Source: a virus. Taken from it: DNA of 64,000 nucleotides. This document shows positions 10,721-22,200 of this stretch, piece by piece. Below the pieces are notes generated by a model that worked only from the letters and a program-made list of their open reading frames with translations, searched no databases and had not been told where the DNA came from. The stretch spans positions 1-64,000 of the IMG/VR virus record IMGVR_UViG_3300034072_000578. The stretch is one strand, 5' to 3'. The first letter of the stretch is position 1; the number at the start of each line of letters is the position of its first letter. A program made the translations under genes and the position numbers.

Positions 10721-11159
10721 AATTCAACAAATAGCTAATCGCGTTTTGCAAAAATAAATAATTATCCTTGAACATACCTAAGCCCCTATTGCAATTGGAA
10801 CAAAGTAAACCTCGAACCCCATTGGTGGAATGGCAATGGTCCACAACTAAAGGCATCTTATTGCCCGTTTTAGGGTGAATACCAAACTGTTCTTCTTTAC
10901 AAATAGCGCACTTGCCAGATTGTTGGTCGGCTAGTTTATCATAATCTTCTGCGGTCAAGCCGTATTTGGATTTCAGGAGATATCCCCTGTGTCGATCTGG
11001 ATTATGATCTGCTTCTTTAGATTTCACTTTGTCGTATTCTTTTCTAGAGTTTATAAAACATGTCTTACAATCTTTCTTGTAGAAATCACGCCACTTATAG
11101 TAATCGCTTAATGGCTTGCTAGCACCACACACTCTACAAACTCTATACTCTTCACTCAT
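10701..11159 (-). CDS. endonuclease VII-like HNH endonuclease
   Basis: KYGLT, Q.GKCAIC, VDHCHST.GVRGLLCSNCNRGLG.FKD. Confidence 0.9.
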   Translation of the reverse strand: MSEEYRVCRVCGASKPLSDYYKWRDFYKKDCKTCFINSRKEYDKVKSKEADHNPDRHRGYLLKSKYGLTAEDYDKLADQQSGKCAICKEEQFGIHPKTGNKMPLVVDHCHSTNGVRGLLCSNCNRGLGMFKDNYLFLQNAISYLLNYENRHH

Positions 11160-11313
11160 CCTCTTCTACTTCTTCTTCTGGTGCTGGCCCTTCGATGACG
11201 CCTTTGCATCGGGAGCATTGATAGTGGTATCGGTATGGGCCGAAGCCCATAACCGACCATCCAAAAAGCTGCCAGTCATGACCTTTGCTCTTGCAAGGGT
11301 CGCGCCTAAACAT
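11152..11313 (-). CDS. small Cys/His zinc-binding protein (53 aa, not in ORF track)
   Basis: Manual translation MFRRDPCKSKGHDW...YQCSRCKG...EDE*, overlapping both neighbouring genes. Confidence 0.65.
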   Translation of the reverse strand: MFRRDPCKSKGHDWQLFGWSVMGFGPYRYHYQCSRCKGVIEGPAPEEEVEEDE

Positions 11314-11531
11314 TACTGACCTAGGGCCTTCTTAGCAATATTTAGAATGCGAGTTACCGTAGCGTTTGGTGCTGCGGTTTCCTGTGCTACGATGTCAGAA
11401 AGACTACGGCGATAGGCTTCTACATTGGAGAACGACTGTGCTAGGCTTTCGCGTTCCCGTTCTAAGAGAGCCTTATAAAACTCTGCTAGTTCCTGACTTT
11501 CTTCATACTTCTTTTTAGATACGAATAGCAT
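11313..11531 (-). CDS. hypothetical coiled-coil protein
   Basis: ORF in operon with tight spacing. Confidence 0.6.
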   Translation of the reverse strand: MLFVSKKKYEESQELAEFYKALLERERESLAQSFSNVEAYRRSLSDIVAQETAAPNATVTRILNIAKKALGQ

Positions 11532-11533
11532 AA

Positions 11534-12850
11534 TTATCCTTTAATATCTGTAATTTCTTTAATGTGCTTCATTACTGATAGATCACGCTTAACGAAAATT
11601 GTGACCGGCTTTTGGTTACGGGATGCCGCGTAGTAAAGCCTTGCTTCGCCCGTTTCCTGTTCGATTTCGTTGACGTTGATAGTGATAACAAGGTCTGCCG
11701 TTCTGATCTTATTAAAGTCATCAGCAACATGCGTCATAGTAACCGTGTCAACATCAGCGCCCGAACGGTTGGTCTGGGTTGCCGTAAGGATAGCAAAATT
11801 TTCCGTCTGCGCCAGCGCTCTTAGATCAATTGCTACCTGCTTGCTCTTCTCGATGCCATCACCATTGTTCTCGGATAGCATAATATCCATGTAATCGACC
11901 ACTACTAGATCGAACTGGATACCTAAAGCTTGATACTTCTTAACAAGGCGTCTTAGCTGGCTTACGCTAAATGTTCCTGACGGATATTCATGTAGCTTCA
12001 AAGTAGCTGCTCTACCAGTCCACTTAGCTACCCGCTCTTCCACCTTGTCAATTTCGATATTAAGATTATCCATCTTAACACCGGAGATATTGGCGTCCAT
12101 TCGGTCAACCTGAATTTCGGTGGAAACTTCAAGCGAAACGAATAGAACCTTGTTACCCTTTTCGGCGGCTCTTAGAGCGTGGTCCAGAAGGCCGATTGAC
12201 TTACCGCGCTTTGAGGGAGCCATGAGGATGGACAGTTCGCCCTTGCCCCAGCCCTTGCGATAAAGGGTTTCGTCAAATTCTTTGAAACCGGTTGTTACTG
12301 AGTTATATGAAATCTCACCAGCTAAGCGAGCTTTTCGGATTGCGCTACGCTGTCTAATGCTGTCACCATCGTTATAATCGTATGCGCTGCTAAGATCGCT
12401 AGTGCCTACGTCGATAGCTTTCTGGAAGATTGGTAGAATGTTGTCGAGGTTGCCCCCGTTGTCTACGATGTCAGCGGCTTCCATGACCGCCATTTCGGTA
12501 GCTTGTCGTCTTACGAACTCTGCTACTCGCTCGATAATGAATTCGCGGTCTGAGATATCCGCTTTATATAGGTCTTTAATCTTAGTGGTTACGGGGCCTT
12601 CTAGTTCCTTCCGTAACAGCCCCTTGGCCTTATCTTCTTTGAAGGTCTGGGATAAGGCAACAGGCGACGGGTTGATACGATACTTCTTATAGTGATTGTG
12701 GATAAGACTTAGAATATACTTATCCACTTCACTTTCGAAGAATTCAGGCTTAATAAGCCCATCAACCCGTTCGCAAAAGTTCCTGTCCCGTAAGTTTAAT
12801 GCTAGTGCTTTGTCTTTAAAATCGTCGCCAAACGTTACGGTAGTAGTCAT
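11534..12850 (-). CDS. dnaB: replicative DnaB/gp41-like helicase
   Basis: TGFKEFDE, APSKRGKS Walker A, SLEV, VVDYMD, TATQTNR. Confidence 0.92.
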   Translation of the reverse strand: MTTTVTFGDDFKDKALALNLRDRNFCERVDGLIKPEFFESEVDKYILSLIHNHYKKYRINPSPVALSQTFKEDKAKGLLRKELEGPVTTKIKDLYKADISDREFIIERVAEFVRRQATEMAVMEAADIVDNGGNLDNILPIFQKAIDVGTSDLSSAYDYNDGDSIRQRSAIRKARLAGEISYNSVTTGFKEFDETLYRKGWGKGELSILMAPSKRGKSIGLLDHALRAAEKGNKVLFVSLEVSTEIQVDRMDANISGVKMDNLNIEIDKVEERVAKWTGRAATLKLHEYPSGTFSVSQLRRLVKKYQALGIQFDLVVVDYMDIMLSENNGDGIEKSKQVAIDLRALAQTENFAILTATQTNRSGADVDTVTMTHVADDFNKIRTADLVITINVNEIEQETGEARLYYAASRNQKPVTIFVKRDLSVMKHIKEITDIKG

Positions 12851-12859
12851 AATGTCCTT

Positions 12860-13627
12860 TTATGGTTTTTGTGCTAAGAAGTTGTTCAGTCCTTCTTGCG
12901 TGTCGAAATAGCCTTCTGTTCCCTCATATCGATCAATGATATGGCGAACGATGCCGTGACGAACGATATCATCGCGTCCGAAATTGCAGATAGCTACATC
13001 GTCCAAACCTTTCAGCTTGTAAAGGGCATCTACCAAGCCGCTTGGGCCGGGAATGTCCTTCTGTTTAATGTCGCCATTGATGATGAACTTACCACCTTCA
13101 CCGAACCGGGTTAGTAGCATCTTCATTTCGGTTGGGGTGCTATTCTGCATTTCATCTGCTAGAACCCAAGTCTTAAGGGTCGAGCCTCTTAGGAATTGTA
13201 GGGGGCGCGGTTCGATCTTACCGGCCTTGATATAATATTCCGTCTGACCGGCTCCTAAAGCGTCAATGAAGGCATCCTTCACCGGTCGTAGATATGGTTC
13301 GTATTTTTCTTCTAGCTCGCCCGGTAGGAACCCTAGGCTTTCCCCTACCTCCACGGCAGGACGGGTCACGATAACTTTATCAATGATCCCGTTCTTAAGA
13401 GCTTGAGCCGCCATGACTGTCGAAAGCCATGTCTTACCTGTTCCTGCGGGGCCAACCCCGAAAATAATCGAACTACCATTAATCTTACGCATGTAATGTG
13501 TTTGAGCATCATTCTTAGGCGTAATCTTTTTGATCTTTAGTTCGTGGTGGGCAAACTGGTCATCAAACTCGGTTGAAATGGGCTTGTGACGTGGTTCTTG
13601 GTATTTAGGTCGTTTACTCTTACTCAT
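12860..13627 (-). CDS. phoH: PhoH-like ATPase
   Basis: GPAGTGKT, TRPAVE, LGFLPG, RGST, DEMQN, GD..QKD, DIVRH. Confidence 0.95.
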   Translation of the reverse strand: MSKSKRPKYQEPRHKPISTEFDDQFAHHELKIKKITPKNDAQTHYMRKINGSSIIFGVGPAGTGKTWLSTVMAAQALKNGIIDKVIVTRPAVEVGESLGFLPGELEEKYEPYLRPVKDAFIDALGAGQTEYYIKAGKIEPRPLQFLRGSTLKTWVLADEMQNSTPTEMKMLLTRFGEGGKFIINGDIKQKDIPGPSGLVDALYKLKGLDDVAICNFGRDDIVRHGIVRHIIDRYEGTEGYFDTQEGLNNFLAQKP

Positions 13628-13690
13628 TCATTAATATTCCTTACTAGGAACTACATTATATAAGATTAAAAATTATCTTAAAGACTTGAT

Positions 13691-14410
13691 TTAAGAAATT
13701 TTCTCTCTTGTGGATTCAGCCCAGCTTCCGCAGTCTTGGCACTGTGTCCGCTTGATACGATAATGTTTGGTCCGACGCCAGCCCCTACTCTGGACATTAT
13801 TGGAACCACATGCTCCGCACTCTACCTTGGTATGGGTTAGGTGGGGGTGATTCTTAATGAAGGGCTTAAGCTTGTGATATAGAGGTTCCATCATCACAAC
13901 GTCTTGAATGTTGTAGCTGCGCATTCTATCTCTAGCCGCTACATCACCGGCCATAACCGCAACCCAAAGTCCGAAGCCTTCATGCTTCATCTTCTCGCCG
14001 ATGCCTAGGTGGGGTCCGACGAAAGCTAACCGGTTCATCATGAAACCTAGCTTACGAACAACCTTTAATAGGTCAATGGAAGTGATAGGTGCTGGCGGAT
14101 CAAGACCTTCTAGGAGGAATTCACCGTGGATTTTAGGTAGATCGAAATCATCACCGTTATAAGTGACAACCGCTACAGATTCATTAATAAGCTTTTGAAG
14201 AGCGAAAAGCATTTCAAACCGGGTATGAGTCCATTCTGAATAAAAATGGGTTTCTTCTTCGCCTAAATATTTAGCAGCGAAGCATAGCATTCCGGTAGGT
14301 TGAACGATCTGTTCCGGTGAAATATTTACTTTCCAGCAATTCCATACGTAAGCTAATGCTGGTTTAGTTTCTATATCTAGAAATAAAATTTTAGGTTGAT
14401 ATTTAATCAT
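13691..14410 (-). CDS. DEDD/RNase H-like 3'-5' exonuclease with C-terminal Zn ribbon
   Basis: LDIET, YNGDDFDLP, YNIQDV; C-terminal CGACGS...CQDCG. Confidence 0.85.
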   Translation of the reverse strand: MIKYQPKILFLDIETKPALAYVWNCWKVNISPEQIVQPTGMLCFAAKYLGEEETHFYSEWTHTRFEMLFALQKLINESVAVVTYNGDDFDLPKIHGEFLLEGLDPPAPITSIDLLKVVRKLGFMMNRLAFVGPHLGIGEKMKHEGFGLWVAVMAGDVAARDRMRSYNIQDVVMMEPLYHKLKPFIKNHPHLTHTKVECGACGSNNVQSRGWRRTKHYRIKRTQCQDCGSWAESTREKIS

Positions 14411-14418
14411 ATAGTTCC

Positions 14419-14473
14419 TTATTAACTTTTAAATAGATTAAAATATTATAAATTATAATTTAAAAGTTAATAA
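14419..14473. repeat. 16-bp perfect inverted repeat in a very AT-rich intergenic region
   Basis: TTATTAACTTTTAAAT (14419-14434) / ATTTAAAAGTTAATAA (14458-14473). Confidence 0.85.
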
Positions 14474-14560
14474 TTATTTTTAACTATATAAATTTTATCA
14501 ATTAATTTTTAACCTATTCAACGACTGCTCGTCAGCGATTGTAGGGGCCTTCTAAACCCA

Positions 14561-14878
14561 TCAATCTGGCTTTGCAACAGCTAGTCCCTTCATTAATGAT
14601 GGTGGATCACACTCCCTATCGTTGAAGCATGTTATGATCGCTTGAAGCTCTTTTAGTCTTAGCTTGCAATCTGGGATCGTAGCTTCAAGGCTTGCTACAT
14701 ACTTAGCTACCTGAGACTCCATTATGATATCTCCGGTTGGTCTGGTAGTGGGGTTTTCACATTGATATTGAGCCGCAGGTATATTGATAGGTTGCGGTTT
14801 AAAAATCTGAACATGTGAACAGCCGGTTAATAGCACCGACATAATTATCATATAGAAGATTGACTGGATTTTACTCAT
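14561..14878 (-). CDS. o-spanin (Rz1-like lipoprotein)
   Basis: Lipobox LLTGC, Pro-rich segment, overlaps the i-spanin gene. Confidence 0.8.
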   Translation of the reverse strand: MSKIQSIFYMIIMSVLLTGCSHVQIFKPQPINIPAAQYQCENPTTRPTGDIIMESQVAKYVASLEATIPDCKLRLKELQAIITCFNDRECDPPSLMKGLAVAKPD

Positions 14879-15218
14879 TAAAGAACTCTTTTAAAAGCGG
14901 TCCTACTGGTTGGTCTTTATTTTCTTTTACCAGCGTATCTACCTTATCTATTTTAGATTGATATTCTTTTTTAATTATAACTCGTTCTTCATTACCGAGT
15001 TTAGTAACTTGGTCTACTACCTCTGCTCTTCTATCATTTTCTTTAATGGTATCATTAGCAGCGTTAAGGGTAGTCGTTAGTTCTATCTTATCCGCTTGTA
15101 AGCTATCAACTTGCTTATTTAAATTCCAGACATAAAAAGAAAAAGCTCCTAAGGCTACCGCGATGATAGCCCATAGAGCAATTTTTCCTTTAATGGTTGC
15201 AAAGCTAAGCAAACCCAT
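14871..15218 (-). CDS. i-spanin (Rz-like)
   Basis: N-terminal TM segment followed by coiled coil. Confidence 0.78.
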   Translation of the reverse strand: MGLLSFATIKGKIALWAIIAVALGAFSFYVWNLNKQVDSLQADKIELTTTLNAANDTIKENDRRAEVVDQVTKLGNEERVIIKKEYQSKIDKVDTLVKENKDQPVGPLLKEFFNE

Positions 15219-15431
15219 TTAAGCCTTCTTCTCGCCGTTTCGGGTGCCTGAGGTTGACCCGAATTCGTAGCTTACAACAGCGCCACCCCAACCAAAGAAG
15301 ACACCAGCTAGCGGGAGCAAGGTATCTTTATTGGCGTCGGGGATAGCGACGAAAAATAACAGCATCATAATAAGAAGGCTGGATAGAAGCGGAATAAGAC
15401 CCACTACCCATTTGAAGCCGCTCCTACTCAT
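15219..15431 (-). CDS. holin (2 TM)
   Basis: Two hydrophobic helices, YEFGS motif, charged C-terminus, directly upstream of spanins. Confidence 0.7.
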   Translation of the reverse strand: MSRSGFKWVVGLIPLLSSLLIMMLLFFVAIPDANKDTLLPLAGVFFGWGGAVVSYEFGSTSGTRNGEKKA

Positions 15432-15433
15432 GG

Positions 15434-15712
15434 TTATGCCGCGACTGGTGAAGGAGTTGGTGAAATTGTTGCAGGCGTATATTGCGCTAGGATATTTGTT
15501 AAATCCTGACCTAGCGTATAGCTAATAGTAGATTTTATTCTTGCGAAATACTGAGCAGCAGCGGTGTTTCCGCCTGTAGAGTCACTTAGAAGATCATTTA
15601 GTTCTGCATTAAAAGCATCAACTAGAAGTTTAAGTTCTTGTAGAATGACGTATTCTTTCTCTTTAATCTGAGAATAAAGATCATTTAGCGTAGGGGAAGT
15701 TGTATCAGTCAT
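15434..15712 (-). CDS. hypothetical protein
   Basis: ORF in late operon. Confidence 0.6.
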   Translation of the reverse strand: MTDTTSPTLNDLYSQIKEKEYVILQELKLLVDAFNAELNDLLSDSTGGNTAAAQYFARIKSTISYTLGQDLTNILAQYTPATISPTPSPVAA

Positions 15713-15714
15713 TA

Positions 15715-15912
15715 TTAATTGCCTTTCTTAGTTTTCTTGTTTCGATTATTAATTGCATATTTTATTAATTTATTAAATTCAGCGTTCGTTAGCAATTTCC
15801 AACGATAAACTAACGTGCCCCGTTTTTTTAAATATGCTACGTTGTCGTTTAGCGAAGTAACGGTGGCCTGTAGCTCTTTTACGTTTGGACTTTCCGTTAC
15901 TTCTTCTGACAT
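15715..15912 (-). CDS. hypothetical protein (start at MSEEV)
   Basis: SD AAGGA upstream of ATG at 15912. Confidence 0.55.
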   Translation of the reverse strand: MSEEVTESPNVKELQATVTSLNDNVAYLKKRGTLVYRWKLLTNAEFNKLIKYAINNRNKKTKKGN

Positions 15913-15919
15913 ATTTCCT

Positions 15920-16264
15920 TTATTTATGGAAGCGCCCATATCTGCAATGGGCCAACTCATGACCCAACCATTCCGGCATATATTTTACTCTCTGGTCGAT
16001 AGTGTGTATCTCACACTTATTCTCTTTAGGCTTTAATACCGCAAATGACATAACTTTTCTAGAGGGATTCTCCTGAACGTCATATTTTTTTAAAGCCTGA
16101 TCGAATTCTTTCTGATTAGGATAGTCTACAAATGACACGGCCACTTCCTGTTTAACATATTCTTGGCGCTCTAGCTGGTAGAAGTCTGTCCTACCGCCCA
16201 TCGTCATGCAGCTTCCTAATAAGACCGCCAATAAGACGGTCATTATTAGTGCTAGTTTTTTCAT
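15920..16264 (-). CDS. lipoprotein with HExxH motif
   Basis: Signal peptide with LLGSC lipobox; LGHELAHC near C-terminus. Confidence 0.6.
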   Translation of the reverse strand: MKKLALIMTVLLAVLLGSCMTMGGRTDFYQLERQEYVKQEVAVSFVDYPNQKEFDQALKKYDVQENPSRKVMSFAVLKPKENKCEIHTIDQRVKYMPEWLGHELAHCRYGRFHK

Positions 16265-19200
16265 TACCACTCCGTTGTTGTTATACTTACTCTTTGTGAC
16301 GCTATTGTGTCTGGCGGATTGAAACGTGACATGTTAACGGTGAAGGTTCTGTTAGCTGTTGATTTTTCGGTATCGTTCCAAGTGAATGATGCCCAATAGT
16401 TATATGTCCTTTTGATCCAACCGGCCTGACTATCGCCCGGAACAGGCGCTTGGCCTTCTAGTGTGATGGACCCGTTGCAGGTGTTTAGGGTACTTACGGT
16501 AGTCGAACCTTTCACTAGTGACAGGGTAAAGTCGGTTGTTCTATTGTCACTCTTGCCACCGTAGTGACCGTCTTGGTTGCTTCCTGAAATATTGTAACCG
16601 TTGCTCTGCAAGTTTGAGATTGCCGAGTTATAGTTATTCAATCCTGTTGAGGTAGCAGGGAATGATAGTAGGCCGTTGCAACTCATTGAATATGAAGCAT
16701 TGACCGCGATATCATTACCGTTAGAACCGAACGGACCTGCCGTTGTAGACCCGGTTGCTGCTAGGCCGCTCCAAGCGTTTGAGTTCTTTAGAGTTCCAGC
16801 AATGATACCACCAGCGTAGTAAGCTTGGCCGTTAGTCTTCACAAACTTGATGGCGTTAGCTTCTGTGCAGTTAGCAAGGTTAGTCTGGGCTGGTCCTGTC
16901 CATTCAAGGAACTGGTTTGAAGAACCGAAGCCTTTACCGACAACGTACATCGTGTCACCAGCATAGATGCGTAGCGTACCATCAGACCATGCCATACGAT
17001 TTCCACTGCTACTAGAAGGCTCCACAGAGAAGTTATCTGCAAACACTTTGAAGTTACCAGTTTGCCCGTTGTTATTGGTTTCCCATCCAGTAATTAAACC
17101 ATTGACATCAACCTTCACAGCAGCACGGGCAAGTGCAGTTGTAGCTTTACCATCTGTTGTAACGATAGCCTCGTTGATTGTGTTGACGGTCGCTTCTGAC
17201 GAGTAAGGTGTTGCAACACTGCCTCTCTCAAACTTCTGTTGACGAACCGCCATTTGGTCTACAGTAGCCCCATTAGGTGCGTATAGGATGACACGTACCA
17301 ATGCTTTTACAGCATTAGAAGGACTTGTTACTGTAGCAACTTCACGTCTGTTTTGCTCAAACCAAAAGCTTGCGTTACGGCTGGTGGCGCCATTGCGACT
17401 CACCTCTTGACCACTACTATTGAGCCAGAGAATTTCGGTGTAACCGCGAATGTTGCCATTATTACCACTAACACCATAGGTACAGCTATAAGTATACTGC
17501 GTATTTGGATCAACTTCCATATGCGCAGAGTCCATGTAATAGTAACGGTCTTGCGTCATGGTAGCGCCCACCCAGATGTAAGCGTAAGGCCCCCAAGTAT
17601 TGGAAATGGCCGTCCAACTGCCATAGCCGTTGACCCAACCGGTAATGCCCCGCTCAAACCCGCCATTCTTTAGCAGGTTAGGATTACCAGCTTGAACGGT
17701 AGTACGAAGGCTACCAAGTTGCGTGTTCGCATCAGCAATTGCAATGGCATTCTGAGCTACGTTGGCTGTTAAAGTCTTTGTGGTATCAAGACCATTACCG
17801 GCAGCGTAAGTAGAAGGGGATTGTCCTGCTTCATAATATTTACGGAACATAGGCTCACAGAACCAAAGCCAGCTATCACCTTGACCAGAGAAAGTGCCCA
17901 TCTTAAGCACTACAACAAGCGCTTTGGCGGCATTAGCAGGTGCGTAGCCTCTTGCAACCATATGGCTGTAATTACCGATTTGACGACCACCACTAGACGT
18001 AGCCATTTGTCCCGAATAGGTAGAGCTTATACCGTTACCATCGACATCGTACCAATCAATACGTACTTCGGCGTTAGCACGATGCGCAGCCACTTTAGCC
18101 GTGAATTCATAGAATTGCCCACCGACAACAGGCATGAACCCATAGAACCACTGCCCATATAGACCAGTATCTCCATTATTCTGATGGATAGTTAATACAT
18201 TCTTGCCTTCGGGATGCCATGCGTCACCTAATGGGTAGTTGATTTCCCACTGGTCAAAGCCCGCGCCGTTAGCATAAGCTGACCAGCCATCTTTAGACAA
18301 GAATTCGCTGTTACCAATCATATTACCACCACCTGCGGAATAGGTAGCAGCTAGATTAGAAGCAGACTGTGCAGCACTACGATAACCATCCGCCTGTGAA
18401 GCGTAGGTTGAAGCATTTTGCGAATGAGTATAAGCATCGTTACGATAAGACTCGGCGCTATTGGCATAACCATTAGCGGCATCAGCGCGACCACTTGCAC
18501 GATTGGCCTCACTACTGGCTGAATTAGACCAACCTGATGCGGCATTTGCAAAACTCTCTGCATTCTTTTCAGAGGTGATATCCTCAATTCGGAACCAACG
18601 CCAATTAATGCCGTGAGTTGTTTCACCATTATCGTTAGCCGATTGCAGGAAAGGCCGCGCTTGTACAACATCGTTGCCTAGAACAAATTCACCGGAGAAG
18701 TCGCCATAACCTGTGCCAGCCGGTCGAGCAAGAATCGTAGGGTAGTTGATATTACCATTGACGTCTTTAGTTTGGAAACCGATACGTGCAGGAACACCAT
18801 TCCACGCAGCGGCATTACCTGTCATGCGGAAGCGACGGCTAGCCCAATTTCCATCCTTAAGCTCGCCTTCAAGAACATCACGCGCTGTTTGTTGAAGGAC
18901 GTATGCATTAATTCCACCGTCCCATTGTACAGTAACTGCACCGGACCAGTTACCCTTCTGACCATCAGTAAAATTAGCTTTACCGATTAGATTGCCAGAT
19001 GCGTAACTAGATGCTTCGATCTTAGACACATTAACGGCAGATGCACTATTGCTTGCTTCGTTGGCTTTAGTTGTGGCTGTATTTGCGCTATTGCTTGCAG
19101 CATTTGCATACTGGCTTGCATTATAAGCAGAGCCACTAGCAAGACCTGCTTGTTGACTTGCTGTATTTGCACTACCTGATGCATTACTAGCGGAAACACT

Positions 19201-22200
19201 TGCTTCATTGCGGAAGGTTTCGGCTTGACCGCGATAAGTATTAGCATTATTGGCGGCTGTTTCGGCGTTAGTACGACTTGTGTTAGCAGCAGAAGCCGAA
19301 TTTCCAGCTTCGTCGGCTTTTATACTTGCAGTGCTTGCACTTTGGGCCGCTGCATCAGCATAATTCTTAGCTGTATTAGCGCTAGTGATATCTTCAAGTT
19401 GTAGTGAAGTAACCCAATAGTAACCCTGACTATCAATGCGTAGAAGAGGACGAATCCAACGAACACCATTATCCCATAGTGTGTTTGAATTAACTTCAAT
19501 GTAAGAAGTATTAAGACCATTGCCCCAGCCTTCTTGGCCTTCCCCAACAGTGAAGCTCTGTGAAGCATTATTCCAATAATCGCCTGACTGAAAACTACCG
19601 TCTTTTATACCGATAAAGAAAAGTGCAAAGCTGACAGATGAGCCAGTTTGTCCACCACGAAGACGCAGCTTAGACGTGATCTTATATCTGCGATCACGAA
19701 CAATTGGGTAATACCCTTTAGAAACAATGTGGGGTGTGAAATGAGGAACATTGCTAACCCCCAATTTTCTACCAAGACCATCACTAGACTCGTCTAGAAT
19801 AAAACGTGAATCACTGCTAAGGGAACCGGACGCTGTACCCCAATCCCATGACCAATCATTCAGATCATTAAAAACAGAAGGGTAATTAGCACGAACGATA
19901 TTAGAAGCTGAAACTTTAGAAGTTTCAGCAGCGTTAGCAGAAACACTCGCTTCATTTGCTTTTGTAGAAGCTGTTTGTGCGCTACCAGCAGCAGCGTTAG
20001 CAGAATTGTTAGCATTATTTGCGGATTGGCTAGCATTCTGTGAATAAGTGTAGGCATTACCTTCATGACCCGCTGCATTATTTGCAGAAGTGCTTGCGTT
20101 ACCGGCAAAAGTCTGAGCTTGGCCCATTGCAGTTTGCGCATCGGTTTTACTTTGACTTGCAGCATTAGCAGACTGGCTTGCTTCATCGGCTTTTGTACTC
20201 GCAGTTTGAGCGCTACTTGCCGATGCATTAGCATTGTTCCAGCTATTGTATACGTCAGTAATATCCTCTACAAACATAGAGTCAAGTTTGTAGTAACCAC
20301 CAACATCAATTCGAGCTAATGTACGTGCAGCGTAAACACCTTGTGCGATGAAATCATCTGCGGAGCATTCAAAACTATGATGCGCATAGACACTTCCTTC
20401 ACCCCAGCCATTTTGCCCAGATTGAATAGTAAAGGCTGTACTAATACCCCAATCAGTGCCATTAGAGCGACGACCGATAAGATACAAGGAGACTTGCGGA
20501 TTCCCAGAACTCGCATCTACAATCAACCACTTAAGGTTGACACGAAGCCTGCGACCGGGTGATAGAGTGAATAAGGATTTGCTTGCAATATGTGGGCTAA
20601 AGTGTGGACGGTTATCGACACCAAGACCTGTTACGCCATTAGTAGTTCTAACACTAAAACGTGCGTCACCAGAAAGATCACCTGCGCCGCCGCTAAAATC
20701 TTGTGTCCAAGAATACAAGTCTCTAAAAGAGGTTGGTCCTGAATTTACAAGAATGCCCTTGGCGGAAGCAAAGGCGCTCTCCGCTGCTACTTTGCTGCTA
20801 TTAGCTGCGTTGGCTGAATTCCCAGCTTCATCAGCTTTAGTAGAAGCGGTTTGAGCGCTGTTAGATGCGGCATTCGCAGATTGCCCAGCATTATAAGCCG
20901 ATGTTGCAGCGGCACCAGCCTGATTGCCCGCCGTTTGAGCGCTACCGGAAGCATCCTGTGCGGACTGGCTTGCTTGCTGCTGGTAAGCGTTCGCGTTACC
21001 TGCCGCAGTTTCAGCATTAACTCTACTTGTATTAGCTGATGAAGCTGAGTTTCCAGACTCGGTAGCTTTAATACTTGCAGTACTAGCGGATTCGGCAGAC
21101 GCATCGGCAAAGCCTTTAGCCGCACGTTCGGCAGTGACATCACGAATTGACAGAGTGCGTAAAGAGAACACACCCTGATTATCAATACGGATTAGAGGTC
21201 TAATCTTAGTATAACCGTCTGCTAATAAAGCATTAGAAGGGACATCGAATTTATCTAACTTGAAGCCATAGCCTGTGCCCCAACCAACACCACCTACTGT
21301 GATATTAATTGGAATATTATACGTGCCGTTTGCGTTACCATCAGGTTTAATACCTACAGCCCATAGAATGCCGTTGACAGGGTTATCGCCATTCTGACCA
21401 GAGCGAAGCATCCATTGGACAGAGATTTCAAAAATACGATCAGGAACAAGCTCAATGTCGCCCTTAGGCACAATATGAGGTGCAAACGCAGGAACGTTAT
21501 TAACATTAAGTACATTGCCAAAGGTAGTATCATTGACTAGTGTGAACCTAGCGTCGTCTGTGATTTTACCAGTTGCGCCGACCCAATTACTGGACCAGCT
21601 ATCCGCATTGGTAAATGTAGATGGTAGTAGCGCACGGGCGGCCGTAGAGGCTACAACCGCACTTGCTTGGGCAGCGGTTGCACTAATTCCAGCTTCATCA
21701 GCTTTAGTAGAAGCGATTTGCGCTGAACCATTAGCTGCGTTAGCCGATCCACTAGCATTATCTCTAGCTTGTTCAGAAGCAGTTTTTGCAGCTTCGGCAG
21801 CTTGCTTAAGTAAATTAGCATCTGTTTCGGCTTGTTCGCTAGCTTGTCTACTTACTTCGGCAGCAGCAGCGGCGATTTCAGCATCAGATTTTAAACCTTC
21901 CGTAGCTGTTTTAGCGTTTTCAGCAGCAACTTTAAAACCTTCCGCTTCGGCAGCACTTTGAGCGGCTGATGCGGTCGTTCCATAAGTCTCAATTAATTCT
22001 TCGATGCTATCTTTAGCAGCTTCCGCGTCTCTTTCTAATTGTTCAAGTAGAGCTTGTTCGCTTGGGCTTGAGCCATTAGTAGCACCGGGTTGAATAGTTT
22101 CCGTAGTAGTGAAAGTTGTAAAGTTTACAGTTCTCCAATCTGAGAATGAATTACCAATCTCAGAGCGAACGCGGAATTCATGCGTTCCAACTCTTAAGTC

